A stretch of 64,000 nucleotides of DNA. Source: Octopus bimaculoides. Taxonomy: Eukaryota. Below, piece after piece: positions 1-11,872 of the stretch. The position numbers and the translations under genes were made by a program. Each line of letters opens with the position of its first letter. Within the stretch, counting starts at the first letter, position 1. The stretch spans positions 69,278,382 to 69,342,381 of the forward strand of contig NC_068989.1 of the NCBI RefSeq assembly GCF_001194135.2, in the 5' to 3' direction. Under the pieces are notes generated by a model. The model searched no databases. It was not told where the DNA came from and worked only from the letters and a program-made list of their open reading frames with translations.

Positions 1-1943
1 CATAGGACAAACTGGCTGACAAAAGTGATTTGCTTCTCACAACTCACAGCTGTTGCTTTTTTTTTTTTTCATGACACTCCAGCTTTATGCAAAGAGTCAC
101 AATAGGCCATCAAAATAGACATTTAAGTTTATTATCCTTAGGTCATTACAACACTCAAAACAGTTAAGAAAAGTGAAGTTGGAAAACCACTGCCTACCTG
201 GATTTGAATAAATCCTGCCCCTTGTGGTTTTTGACAAACCATGAAGGGTATATTTTTTTGTGGAACAATCAAATGGTTTTGTGCTCCAATGTCTAAGAGA
301 TCTGACAATGCAATCTTCATATTTCATTTTAAAGAAGTAATTGAGAATCATTTTTTCTGTTGGCACATTCACGATGCCATTGCTAATTGCCACTTATATT
401 CTGCTAATTAGCCCCATCTCTGTAATCTATTGCTTTCTAGTATTACTTACATAGTTTTACTCTAAGGGCTCACTTCAGAGAATGCCACTACCAGTTGTTT
501 ACAATCACTCATCAACTCCAGTTTAACTACATTGCTAATCCAGTTACTGTAGGCTTTCCAGGCAGGGAATGACACATTCAGCTTCCAACAATCTGGCTCC
601 TGTCTAAGAATATTATATAGGTCAACTGTGCAGATGATAAACTTGTGATTTGTGCAGCTGACCATCTGACATCATGGATGCCCTATGTTATCCCTATCCA
701 CTAACCTAATGAATATTGATCTAGATTCGATCTGAAAGTGACAGTACCGTTTATCTATGTCTACAATGGCATATTAAAAAAATCCAGTGGGTGCCCACCA
801 GATAGCTGGAACTGGTTGAGTAGACTTGTAATGCCATCACTCACATCTATCAGATAGTCCAATATAATCCCAGTGTGTGTCTAAGATGCCATTCTAAAAA
901 CCCACTAGTATTTATGAGTGGGACATTACAAGAATGTCTCTAGATGCCTGAAGAAGTCACATAGAGACATAACTGGTCAGTAGCTTGAATTGTTGATTTG
1001 CTGTTAAATCTTGGACTCTTGACTTACCACCAAAAATCAGGAAGATTGTCTATATTTTGAGATGCAGACCGTTCCGGAACAACATTAACACTCCACTTGA
1101 ACTAGGCCTGTGTACACTTTTTAGTCACTGACAAGCATGAATGACTGTAAACAAGATATTCTGGTCTCATTACTACATTGAAACATGATCTTAGCTTAAG
1201 TAAGTGACCTTGTTTCCAAGCTAGCTCCAGGTCACGAGATGTTGCTACTGTTGTAGGTGCTAAAGTTCTACTACTGATCTCCTTGTCACTACTGTCACCA
1301 TCACCCTCTTCAACATAACTCACACAGGGATTGTTGGTGACTTGTAATATAGCAGGGCCAACAGTTGTTATGTTACAGTAAATGTCACATGCTGATGAAG
1401 TAAGATGGAGGTGGGAAAGTCACGTTTTTTGCATTCTGTTTAACTGAAGTGAGATACTCTATTTCTCTGTTCATTTTGCCTCTCACTTTTCCATTTTTAT
1501 TGCTTTTAAATACAAGTGTCACCATATTTAAAACATTTCTCTTTAAAAATCATTTCTGCAATGGAAAACAAAAACATGACACCAAAAAAAAGGGCTAGAA
1601 AAACTAGCTGCCAAGTGCTGAGTTGGGTAGGAATCAGTTGATTATACCAACTCCAATACTTGGCTAGTACTTATTTCATTGAATTTGGACTGTAAAGGGA
1701 TGAACTAAATACTAGAAGGTATTTGGTCTGATGCTCTATCAATTCTGCCAATAAAATATCTAATTTTGAATGAACTATCTTATTTTGAATTTCTATAAAT
1801 ACCAGCTTCTAATATGAACACACAAGGCTGTATGTCAAAGTTAAAAGTGAAGGAAAATGGGTGTTGATTTGGTCTGCAGGTGGATTAATTTACTCCAATA
1901 ATTTTCCTAGAGATAACAGTTTTGCTTATGAATTTAAGCTTAC

Positions 1944-2038
1944 CTCGTTAGAGAACTGTGTCCATACGAAAATATGAGATTGGAATGTTCTGTTTGATAA
2001 AATGAACGAGAAATATCTCTAGGGAATTTAGTACATTT
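1944..2038 (-). CDS. UVRAG: UVRAG coding exon 7 (KCTKFPRDISRSFYQTEHSNLIFSYGHSSLT + AG)
   Basis: Acceptor ttcttatttcag|, donor |gtaagc; 95 nt, phase 0 to 2; only open frame; matches the ..NSYDVFSLLR region. Confidence 0.88.
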
Positions 2039-3112
2039 CTGAAATAAGAAATTAAACATGTAATTAATGAATATGCAAGATTCATGTGAGAATAAGAAAT
2101 AAGGAATACAACTTACAATGAAAATATAAGCAAGAAGGCAACTTAAAACCAGTCTAGTTAAAATTAGAAGTTTGGATACAAAATACAGAGAGAAATAAAT
2201 ATAAATTTGTATACAAAGATTAAAGAAAAATTTAAAAAAAAAAGATTTTTCTACTTTCTATGGTTTTATATCTATGTTTTAATTCTAATAAGAGCAATGA
2301 CTCTAGTATAAAGTGGTGTGCCTGCAATGGTAATGGTGGTTTTTTTTTTATCAGTTGATCCTTTGCATAAGGATCTTACATTCGTCTGCCATAGCACAAA
2401 GACTAATCTATAGCCACCTATAGTTGACTGCAGGAAGGCATTGTCACTAGAAAAACTCAAAGTAGATGAGAAGATCAAATGTCAAACTGAATGGTGAAGT
2501 GGTAGAAATTGAAGAACATATGAAAAAAAAAAATAGAGTGGAAAGAACACCAAATATTTAGAAATATCAAATCAGATAGAACTGCAATAGACTTTGTATG
2601 TGACAAGCATAAATTGGATTAGTGTATACTGGGTGATTTTTGTATGGCACCAGCACTAGTAAAGTTGCTATGCAACTTGCAAAACTATGAACCCATGGAG
2701 AGGTGGCATTATGCTAAGAGATGAGTGGTTAAAGTATGAGAGAACATGTTGGAGCAGAATAGGTTTCTTGATGGAGAGAAAAGAAAAAAAACCTTGAAAG
2801 AACCCTGTTGTATATATGTATGTGTGTGTGTGTGTGTGTGTGTGGTTCAAAGGTACAGAAAACAAAAGACAAAGACAGGTGAAGGAACAACAAGCAGGTG
2901 TATTAGTTTGATGAATCCATTCAAAAAGCTCTTGTTGGTCTGGGGCACTTGCCCAAGATGACATGTAGTGGGACTAAACCTGGAACCATATGGTGAACTT
3001 CTGAACTGCACAGCCATGCTTACATCTATTAATTAGACTTTCCCACATTAGTTCATGAACACAAGTTTTGTAGGCCTAAATAATGAATAGTGACAGAAAC
3101 AGCTTTAATACC

Positions 3113-3401
3113 AAAAGGTAATATGTATCCCCTTTTAAAAGGGGATGTAGTGTAAGAACAAAGAATACTGCGATAGTTACCATGAGAGAACCTTTCCTAT
3201 GGTCTTTTGGTGCATATAAACACTCATGTTTATACTGCTAGCAGGAGATAAATCAACTGCCATTGCCACTTCACTAATAATATAAACAAGAGTGGTTATA
3301 TGCATAAAAGACCATATGAGAGATTCTCTCATGGTAACTATCACAGTGTTCTCTCTTCTAACACAACATCCACTTTTAAGTGGGGATAAATATTACCTTT
3401 T
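3113..3401. mobile_element. Fold-back MITE-like element (~120-bp inverted arms, ~46-bp spacer)
   Basis: Arm aaaaggtaatat..gatagttaccatgagagaa..tgtttata is inverted at the right end with scattered mismatches. Confidence 0.7.
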
Positions 3402-3500
3402 ATGTAAGTCTATTTTAATATGAGGGAGATAAAGGAAAATATGTATCAATAAAGAGTGAAGGCCTCCTATGCACATTTAGTAATTAAACTATAAACTCAC

Positions 3501-3593
3501 TTCTAATTCTTCTTCTGTTGGTGCAACAAAGAAATGGTGAAACATGCCAAACACAAGGCTGTTTGGAGGGAACCGGATTCCATCTTTCATAGT
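3501..3593 (-). CDS. UVRAG: UVRAG coding exon 6 (TMKDGIRFPPNSLVFGMFHHFFVAPTEEELE)
   Basis: Acceptor tttgtcttttgtag|, donor |gtgagt; 93 nt, phase 0 to 0; resembles human NQNEIIFGLNDGYYGAP. Confidence 0.9.
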
Positions 3594-4006
3594 CTACAAA
3601 AGACAAACAGAAAAAACAAATTTGACATTAGAAACAATTTCACAAATACTATTTATTAACTGGAAACCTTACACTGGTTAGTTAAAAAACAAAACATTCC
3701 TTATTAAAATTAATAGGTTCATACGTCAATATAATAGTTTTCTATTTAAAAAACATACAAATATCAGCCTTAATACTTTTCAATTTTTATCATGAGTGAA
3801 TTTACAGAGTCATGAGTGCATTGGATAAAAAATGCTTTGCCAGTAAGTATATGTATTCTGAGTTCAAATGAAGTCAAGGTTAACTTTACTTTCATCTTTC
3901 TGGGGACTGATAAAATAAAGTATCAGTAAAATACCACTTAGCTACACACTTTCATCCCAAAATATTAAAGGTTAAGCTGGCCACAGAAGAATTTGAACAC
4001 CTATAT

Positions 4007-4280
4007 CAGAGGTTCCCAACCACTGGGTTATGGATCATTTGACACCAGGCCACATAAAGAATAAATTCTAAAATTTTATTTTTATTTTATTGACTATCAC
4101 AGTCTGCAGGATATTTTTACATTACATATATATATATATATATAGATATAGATATAGAGTAATTAAATATATATTATCTATTTTGCTGTGTTTTGTTATG
4201 TGTATGCTTCTCTAGTCTGAGGAAAAAAATGTCTTGCATGAAACCAGTCTATGGAGCAAAAAAAAGATTGGGGACTGTTG
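4007..4280. mobile_element. hAT (Charlie/MER1-like) MITE
   Basis: Ends cagaggttcccaacc and gattggggactgttg; flanked by an 8-bp TSD acctatat/acctgtat; subterminal gaaaccagtctatggagcaaaa resembles MER1-type ends. Confidence 0.75.
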
Positions 4281-4653
4281 ACCTGTATCATTATCAATAA
4301 CTATTTCTAACCTAAGTACAAGGTTACAAATTTTAGTAGTGGGTAGTTGGGTAAGTAAATTAAATTGACCCCAAAACTTAACTGGTACTTTATTTTATCC
4401 ACTCCAGAAGGAAAAAAAGAAGGTAAAGCTGACTTTGGCAGGATTTGAACTCAGAGCATAATGAATTGGGTGAGCTGTAATTGAATACTGCAAAGTATTT
4501 TGTTCAATCCTCAATGAACTTTGCCAGTCTGCTTCCCTAATATCATTACTGATAATATAACCAAATTATCTTAGCACAATTTACATATATGGAAATGAAA
4601 ATCTTTTGAGAAAAATATTAAAAAACTTAAAAACAAAGATGAAATCAACTTAC

Positions 4654-4748
4654 TTTTGTATCCTGTAGGTGAAGACAGGATAAAAACACTTCCCATTCTA
4701 AGAAAAGTTTGAAGACATCATGACCAACCCAAACCCTAACTAGCAATG
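4654..4748 (-). CDS. UVRAG: UVRAG coding exon 5 ([S]LLVRVWVGHDVFKLFLEWEVFLSCLHLQDTK)
   Basis: Acceptor ttctttaactctcactag| (U12-type branch), donor |gtaagt; 95 nt, phase 1 to 0; resembles CFVVKIWGG..LLIEWKVCLDGL. Confidence 0.9.
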
Positions 4749-6183
4749 CTAGTGAGAGTTAAAGAAAACTTTAAAGCAAGATTTCAAAACCAGGTAGAAT
4801 AGAAATTAAACATTTTACTGTGAGGTTAGAAAGAAAAGAAAGATAGTGAGTTATCTATAAATCCCATAGGAATTTGCAATAAAATGATGCAGCACACACA
4901 CATTCATAATATATAGACATATATAAAACTTACAATAGTCTTTGGCCATTATTGGCTAAAGCCTTGCTTAAACAGCACCACATGGAGTAGCCTTTTAAGT
5001 CAAATCGTGTGTGGGTTTCCAGAAATGGACTGTGCCTAAAATATCAGAGCTTGCTCTTCCTTGCAGTACATACTCTCATCAAATTTTATGCATTTTATTA
5101 ACTTTTTGTTTTGGCTGATGCAGACAACACTAGTTTTCTTGGACAACATTTTTTCCCCTCAACATTTCTAATATTACAACCAACACAATCATTTCAGCAA
5201 AGAGATACATTTTATTTCAGTCCTAATGACATGTTTGACCCTTTAGCATTTAAACCAGCTATATCCGGCCCAAATATTCTATCTGTTTTATGATCAACTT
5301 GGTTAGATCTAGCCTCTTACATATTAGTTGACAATGTCATTCTAAAAATAAACAATCACACCATCAAAATCTCAAAGCTATGAGACAATGCATGATGTCT
5401 TTAAAAGAATCAGAATAAATGAGCATTACATTTGACAGAATAATCTGAATGATAAAGGGTTAATGAAGGCAATGCATCTATCCTACAGGAATATAAATAC
5501 AAAATAATGAGCTACTGGCCACATGACGACGATTCCAAACCTTACTTAGATTGCTTGCATGGTCTAATGGTTAAGCACAAACTTGAATGAATAAGCTATC
5601 ACCATCTTGGCTGAAGTGTCATAATTCCTATTTCATTACTGTGCTCTAAGACAGGGCCAGCTTTAGGCATAGTGAAGTTTCAAGCTAAGAGGTTCTGTAG
5701 AGACCCTATTAAGAAATAATTAACAGAGAACTGAGTTGTATAACAACTAGAGTAAGAATGCAGCCAAGATGATAACAGATCCATGCAAAATAAGAGGGTT
5801 ACTCTTCTCAAATGCATAACTATAAAATAACAAAATCTTTTAAACTGCAAAACTAATAATCCTTTTTTTTAATATTTAGGATTAATTTGTTAATGTTAAT
5901 TGTTCCTAAAAAAGTTAAATCATCATGAATAATGAAACTCTAACAAATTGTAAAAATAATTAAAAAATCCATATTTTGAGAGGTTTCAAGCTGTAGCTTA
6001 TTTAATGAATGTCTAAATCTAGCCATGGTTCTCACTAAGACAGTGAATATATCTTACTCAACTTCCTGGTATCATAGCACTTAAATTTGAAGACAATTAT
6101 TCAACACTAACTGGAATTAGCAAATAGCAGCATGACTTGAGTCAAATCCTGTTTGATGAGAAACCTAATTTGAAAAAGGATAC
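4749..6183 (-). other. U12-type (minor spliceosome) GT-AG intron, UVRAG intron 4
   Basis: 5' splice site GTATCCTTT is an exact U12 consensus. Branch TTCTTTAAC (4766-4758) lies 9 nt before the AG end, with no extended polypyrimidine tract. These junctions restore the UVRAG frame. Confidence 0.88.
5239..5459. mobile_element. piggyBac-type MITE (related copies at ~27436-27615, ~31489-31697, ~60690-60910)
   Basis: TIRs ccctttagcatt / aatgataaaggg with TTAA(-like) flanks; internal sequence shared among four copies. Confidence 0.7.
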
Positions 6184-6247
6184 ACTTTTTACTTGTCTCA
6201 ACCTCTTCAGATTTAGTTGTGAGATCAAAGGCCTGCCATGTTGGATT
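6184..6247 (-). CDS. UVRAG: UVRAG coding exon 4 (NPTWQAFDLTTKSEEVETSKK + T)
   Basis: Acceptor ttttcaattttccag|, donor |GTATCCTTTT (U12 consensus); 64 nt, phase 0 to 1; NPTW is the C2-domain motif. Confidence 0.9.
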
Positions 6248-6367
6248 CTGGAAAATTGAAAATATACAGTAAACAGTATTTTTTCTTTATAAAAAACAAA
6301 CTTAACTGTACATTAAATTATTTAATTAGTGGGAAATTATTTTGTCACAACAAAAACAGCATAACTA

Positions 6368-7597
6368 CAGGGTGTGTCAGATATATGAGGACAGATTTAT
6401 GTTTATAAAAAAACAGATATATAATAACAGATAATCACTTTATCAAGAAATGCTATGAGGATAAAGATAAACCTTTTTTTATGTTATTCAATAAAACCAC
6501 CTTCAGCTTCAACAACTGCTTCTATACAAGATCTAAATCATCTATATACTCGAATCAAGTGGTCCTGGTTCATTTTGAACATTACTCTGACTATGTCAGC
6601 TTTCAAAGAATTTTTGGTGTTATGGGCGTGTTCATTAACCTCTCTCCCAACAACGCTCCACATGTAATAGTCTAATGGATTGAGATCTGGGGGAATTATG
6701 TGATCATGAAAATTTTCAGCCCTCCATTGCTGTGTTATTAAAGCCATGTGTGGTAGTGCAGAGTCTTACTGAAACACATATGGCCTTCCATTGCATACAC
6801 AGTTTATCCAGGATTTAACAATTATTTCCAGGACCTCAATGTAGGTGTCAGAGTTAACTTTAAGGCCTTGTGGAAAGGAGTAAGGAGGTATCACGTTGTT
6901 CATTGCTGACAACCCCTAAAACCATGACAGTTGCAGGAAATTTTACATGTATGACACTTAAAACTTCAGAAGGGTCTGCACATAACCATCTGTCATTTCT
7001 TCAGTTAACTTTTTGATCTTGGTCGAAGTTTTTCTCATTAGTGGCAAACCAAACCAAATATTCTGCTGGATTTTTCAGATTGTTTAAAAGCCTTTTAGAT
7101 CTGATGTAGTGATTTTCTTTTGCTTTTTCTTACAAATTGATTTTTCCTCATCATATAAAACTTATATCTGATGTCTTCGTGAACAACATTTCTAACTGTT
7201 CCTTCTGACACATGGAGATCTTTTGCAATTGACCTCATGGACTTTCTGGGATTGTAACCAATGGTCTGTTGAACTTGCTGGATAAATTCAGGTGTTCTGA
7301 TGATTTTAGAGTGTTGGGAATGCTTTTTATGCTTTGATACTGGTGATACGTTTCTATCTTCAGTCTCTAGCTCCTTACAAACTTTGTAGACGAAAGATCT
7401 AGCAACTTTTAAAAATAGAGTTATTTCTTAATTGCTATGCTCAGCCTTTATAGCCACAATAACAGCATACCTCTTCATTTCTTAAGTAAGCTGAGGGTCT
7501 GCCATTATTATTTTCTGAAACAAAGACTATACAGAGTGAGCAAAATATGCAGCAATGACCCAAAAAAGGTCTATCCTCAAATATCTTATGCACCCTG
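6368..7597 (-). mobile_element. Decayed Tc1/mariner (maT/rosa-like) transposon
   Basis: ~30-bp imperfect TIRs cagggtg..agatat.tgagga.aga with TA flanks; remnant PPDLNPLDYYMWSVV on the - strand (ORF 6538-6747). Confidence 0.8.
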
Positions 7598-9401
7598 TAC
7601 AGATGTGTGTATCTCCTTTGCCATCAAAACACCAACTTTGATTCTTCATAATTTTCTGAAAAATGGCTATTTCTTGATAAAATTTTCTACAAGTACATTT
7701 CAGATGATGTAGATTATGAATGCGTCAAAATTTGATGCCGGGTGAAAAAAATTGGAGTGAGGGTCGGATAATTTATACACTTTAACAAAATGTATGAGGA
7801 AACAAAGTTGAGGGGTGTGAATTATCCAACCTCCCCCAAGTTTTCTTTAAATCAAATTCTGACATAATCGTAATCTACACCACCAGAAATATATTTGTAG
7901 ATAATGTTATTAAAACATATGTAGTCTTCAGAAAGTTATGAAGAAAGTCAGTAGGAGGTCATACATGTATAGTTATACCACAAAAACAATTCAAATATAA
8001 AAAAAGGAAAAATAGTGCAGTAACAAACTAATTAACTGGAAAAGACTACTTAATAACATATTTGATTTCCATCAGAGGAAGTAGATTCAAATTAGCAAGG
8101 TTTTTGCTTTTTAGAGATGAAACCAAGTTGTGCAGTAGAACCATTCTACAATGTAGTTAAGTCCCTTCTCTGACTATCAGCCAAAGACTATTTATAGACT
8201 GAAATGATAATGAATATCTTTGTACTTTTAATATCTGAATCAAAATGCAGTCTAGTTTTTTCTTTCATTAACATAATATCTTTTTGAATCACTCACACAA
8301 CATTTTTGTTCCCATTTTCATTTTGTAGAATAATTTACATTTTTGTATTTTTCAAATAGAAAAGAGAAGTGATTATTTATTGTTTCCCAACCAAATGGCT
8401 TTGTGTTCAGTCCCGCTACAAGGAACTTCAGATAAGTGGTCTTCTACAATAGCTACAGGTCAACCAAAGCCATGTGAATGATTTTGGTAGATGGAAATTC
8501 AAAAGAGCTCATTGTGTACATGTATAAGTGACTGTGTGTTTTTGAGAGTGAATTCATATTTTCTGTTGCTTACATGTGTGATCACATTGTAAAACTTGGC
8601 ATATCAGATGGTTTGTTTGTTTGCAGTCAATTGCAAGAGCATGTTTGGGCTTTTTTAAAATGCCTTGACATGTTGCAATCTTTGTAAACAAATAGCTCAG
8701 CCAAACAGTGACATTTGTTTCCAGAACCCCACATAACCAAACCCAGGCTGTTGGTTGTTTAACAGAATTGGAAATTATTGCCTTGCTTGGAAACAGGTAG
8801 GAGATAGCATCAGGAAGGGCATCTAGCTAAAGAAAAATTCTGCCTCAACATGCTCTTGTCTGAGCCATGCAAGCATGAAAAAGCAGATGTTAAAATGATA
8901 CAAAGCACGGAGTGGATTTAATAATAAATAATACCATTTCTAAAAGACAAAAAGTTATTCTACTAGATAAAAACAGTAGAAAATATCACATGAATGATAA
9001 AAATATGAAAATATTCATTGTTATTTCTGGCTATGTGGTAGAATAATTTTGCTGCACAACAGATGCTGGTTCCATCTTTACTAAAGTATGCCTCCACAAG
9101 TGAGAAACATTTAAATGGCACTGAATGTGTCTATGTTTAGTGGGTGAAGATATTACTGAACCCTATTTAATTTCACAGTGCTTTCTGTACAATTATGTTT
9201 TATACATAACTTTGAGTTAAATTCACAAGCAATAAAAATATAATTGCTTATGGCCAGTACCAATGACAGCAGTATGCAGCTACAGATAATGGATCACTCC
9301 CCCTCACCTCCAATAAACAAAACAAACAACAATATAGAATAGTTAGCTGTAAATAGATGTAAAGTACACAGTGGAGTTAAAAATAAATGGTACAATCTCA
9401 A

Positions 9402-9590
9402 GGCGGTGAGCTGGCAGAAACGTTAGCAAGCCGACCAAAATGCTTAGCTGTATTTCGTCTGTCTTTACGTTCCGAGTTCAAATTCCGCCAAGGTCAACTT
9501 TACCTTTCGTCCTTTCGGGGTTGATAAATTAAGTACCAGTCGTGTACTGGGGTCAATCTAATCGACTGCCCCCCCTCCCCCAAAATTTAC
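9402..9590 (+). mobile_element. tRNA-derived SINE, family A (best-preserved copy; many others, e.g. 17935-18140, 18712-18920, and the tandem pair 51370-51820 on -)
   Basis: ggcggtgagctggcagaaacgttagc..gagttcaaattcc (B box)..ctttcggggttgataaattaagtaccag; body repeated throughout the window. Confidence 0.85.
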
Positions 9591-11837
9591 CTAGTTGAAA
9601 ATACAGTGACCATACTAAAATGTAAAAATCATTTGCTTCCAAAGCAAAGTATATAATAAACAAGCTATTATTAATCATTATGTTACACTTATGAGCCAAT
9701 AGTATAACAACAACCTTTAATCTGTAGATGAAAAGGAAGAAAAGAAAAAAAATACAAAACAGAAGCTTGTATTTGTCATGTGTGCTTGCCACATATTTTT
9801 GGATGGCATCCTGTTATTTTGATACAAAACATACATCTGATCTCTGTATCTGTAAATCACCACTCTCACAACAATTAAAGTTGTTGACCTGGTTTAAAGG
9901 AAATATCCTTATCAATTTAAATTCATCTGTATGTCCATCAGCCTGATGCTTCATGAATGAATAGGGCAACCTGTTTTCATTTCTCTTAAGTTTGTTCACT
10001 GCTTCCTCTTCACCAACCTAAGAGTTGCATGGCTACTTAATAATTATATATTTTTAAGCAAGTTTTTATGATAAAATTCAATAATAAACTGAATATATGT
10101 TATCCTTTCCTTCAAAATACTTTTCTATGTAATAACTGCAGATTAATTTTTTTTCTTCTCACAACTATAAATTATTTTGGGGAGATGAAAATTTGTCATT
10201 TTTTTAAAGTATAAATTAAAAAGAACACTTTTTAGCCTCCCAGTAACATTTCTATAAAATCATCATCATAACATTCACTTTTCCAGGTTTGCATGGATCA
10301 GATGGAATTCACTGAGGTAGATTTTCTCCAGCCAGATACCCTTCGTGTTGCCAAAATTCGCCTGTTTTCAAGCAAAGTAATATTACCCCTTCACCAAGCC
10401 TGTTTTTCTCATAAGATTGGAAACAAATGATATTCATTTACAACCATCATGCAATGTCAAGAAAAGGAGATACAAACACACACACACACAAACATGACAG
10501 GCTTTTTTTCAGTTTCTGTCAACCAAATCCACTCAGATGCTTGGGTCAGCTCAGAGCTACAGTAGAAAACACTGGCCCAAGGTGCTGCACAATGGGACTG
10601 AGCCCAAAACAACATGCTGGAAGGCAATGAAAGCTTTTAAGCAAGTGGGTAAATTTGACCAACATCCCACTACAGCTCATTTATACTAACCAACAAGACT
10701 AATATAATTAATGAAGTTTTTCACATTTTGCCAATATTATTTAATAGCAAAAATACTGGTTGTCAAGCATTGGTAGGGAGCAAACACAAACATGAATTTT
10801 GAATCATACTCTCCATGAGTAGAAGTTTTATGAAGTTTTTAACAGTAGGTAAAGCTGTGTGGTTAAGATGTTTACTTTGAAACCAAATGGGTTTAGATAC
10901 GGTCACAGCTAAGTGCCTTTGCATGGCACCGGTCCTCAAGCCAGCCAATGCCATTTGAAGGAATTTAGTAAATGGAAACTGAGGAATACCATTATGAGTG
11001 TGCATGTGCATGTGTGGATATGTATGTATGTATGTATATACACACGTGCACGCACACATGCATCAATCATTATTACTTTTCCATGCTAGCATGGATCAAT
11101 GGAAAACTAAAAACAGATGATACTGTTTGTACAAACAGCATGCAGCTTGTTTGCTAAGATGGCATAACATGGTAAGAAGCCTGGACATACTTTTGCAGTG
11201 TACTGCAAGCAAATGACACCTCCTGTATGAATAGTGATGTTTTTGTTTACAATTGGAGAATACACATCATCAAGATGAGGGAAAATACAACTTCACTCAT
11301 ACAATTACACCCCATGTGCGCGCGCACACACACACACACACATGCTCATATAAATTAAGGCGTTACCTAACATGACAGGTACAGTGGCCATTTTCATTGC
11401 ATATACAAATATATCCACAAATTTTGACACTGTTTATTTAAGTAATACTATTGTTTATAAATTACATGCATAGGTAGTATATATTAAGTTTGCTTATTTA
11501 CTTATCATCCACAGTTCAAAGTCTATTTTTGTTGTTGTGATTGTGGCTAAAAGCAGTTTAGCATATTACATTACGTTTTTTTTTTTTTTTATGTAAAATA
11601 TTTAAACAAGTAAAGATTTAAAAAAAAACTTGTAGATGTATCTAGTGCCTCTTACTACACCCTTTACCCCCAATACCCACATAAAATTTACCAGCTCCTG
11701 TCCTTCCCTCAGGGGCTATATTACCCACTTTGTGAAGCACTGTTTTAGGAATAGGCATATATAGATTATTGTAGAAAGGATGAAAGGGGAAAGTTGATCT
11801 CGGCAGGATCTGAACCTAGAGTAATGATAATACTTAC

Positions 11838-11872
11838 CAAAGACCCAGAAATTTTTTCACTGGTATAAAAGG
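11838..11872 (-). CDS. UVRAG: UVRAG coding exon 3 ([A]FYTSEKISGSL)
   Basis: Long T-tract acceptor ..tttttacag|, donor |gtaagt; 35 nt, phase 1 to 0; matches FYRSEVIKNSL. Confidence 0.92.

Noticed and set aside
97-665. Short - strand ORFs (97-393, 138-320, 462-665) as UVRAG exon 8
   Set aside because: None encodes the expected LHRAQ..IKQTQ coiled-coil start in a phase-2-compatible frame; the next exon probably lies outside the window.
1028-1410. - strand ORF 1102-1323 and nearby splice-like sites, with the frame continuing past a TAG
   Set aside because: No UVRAG similarity and incompatible phase; there is no support for readthrough.
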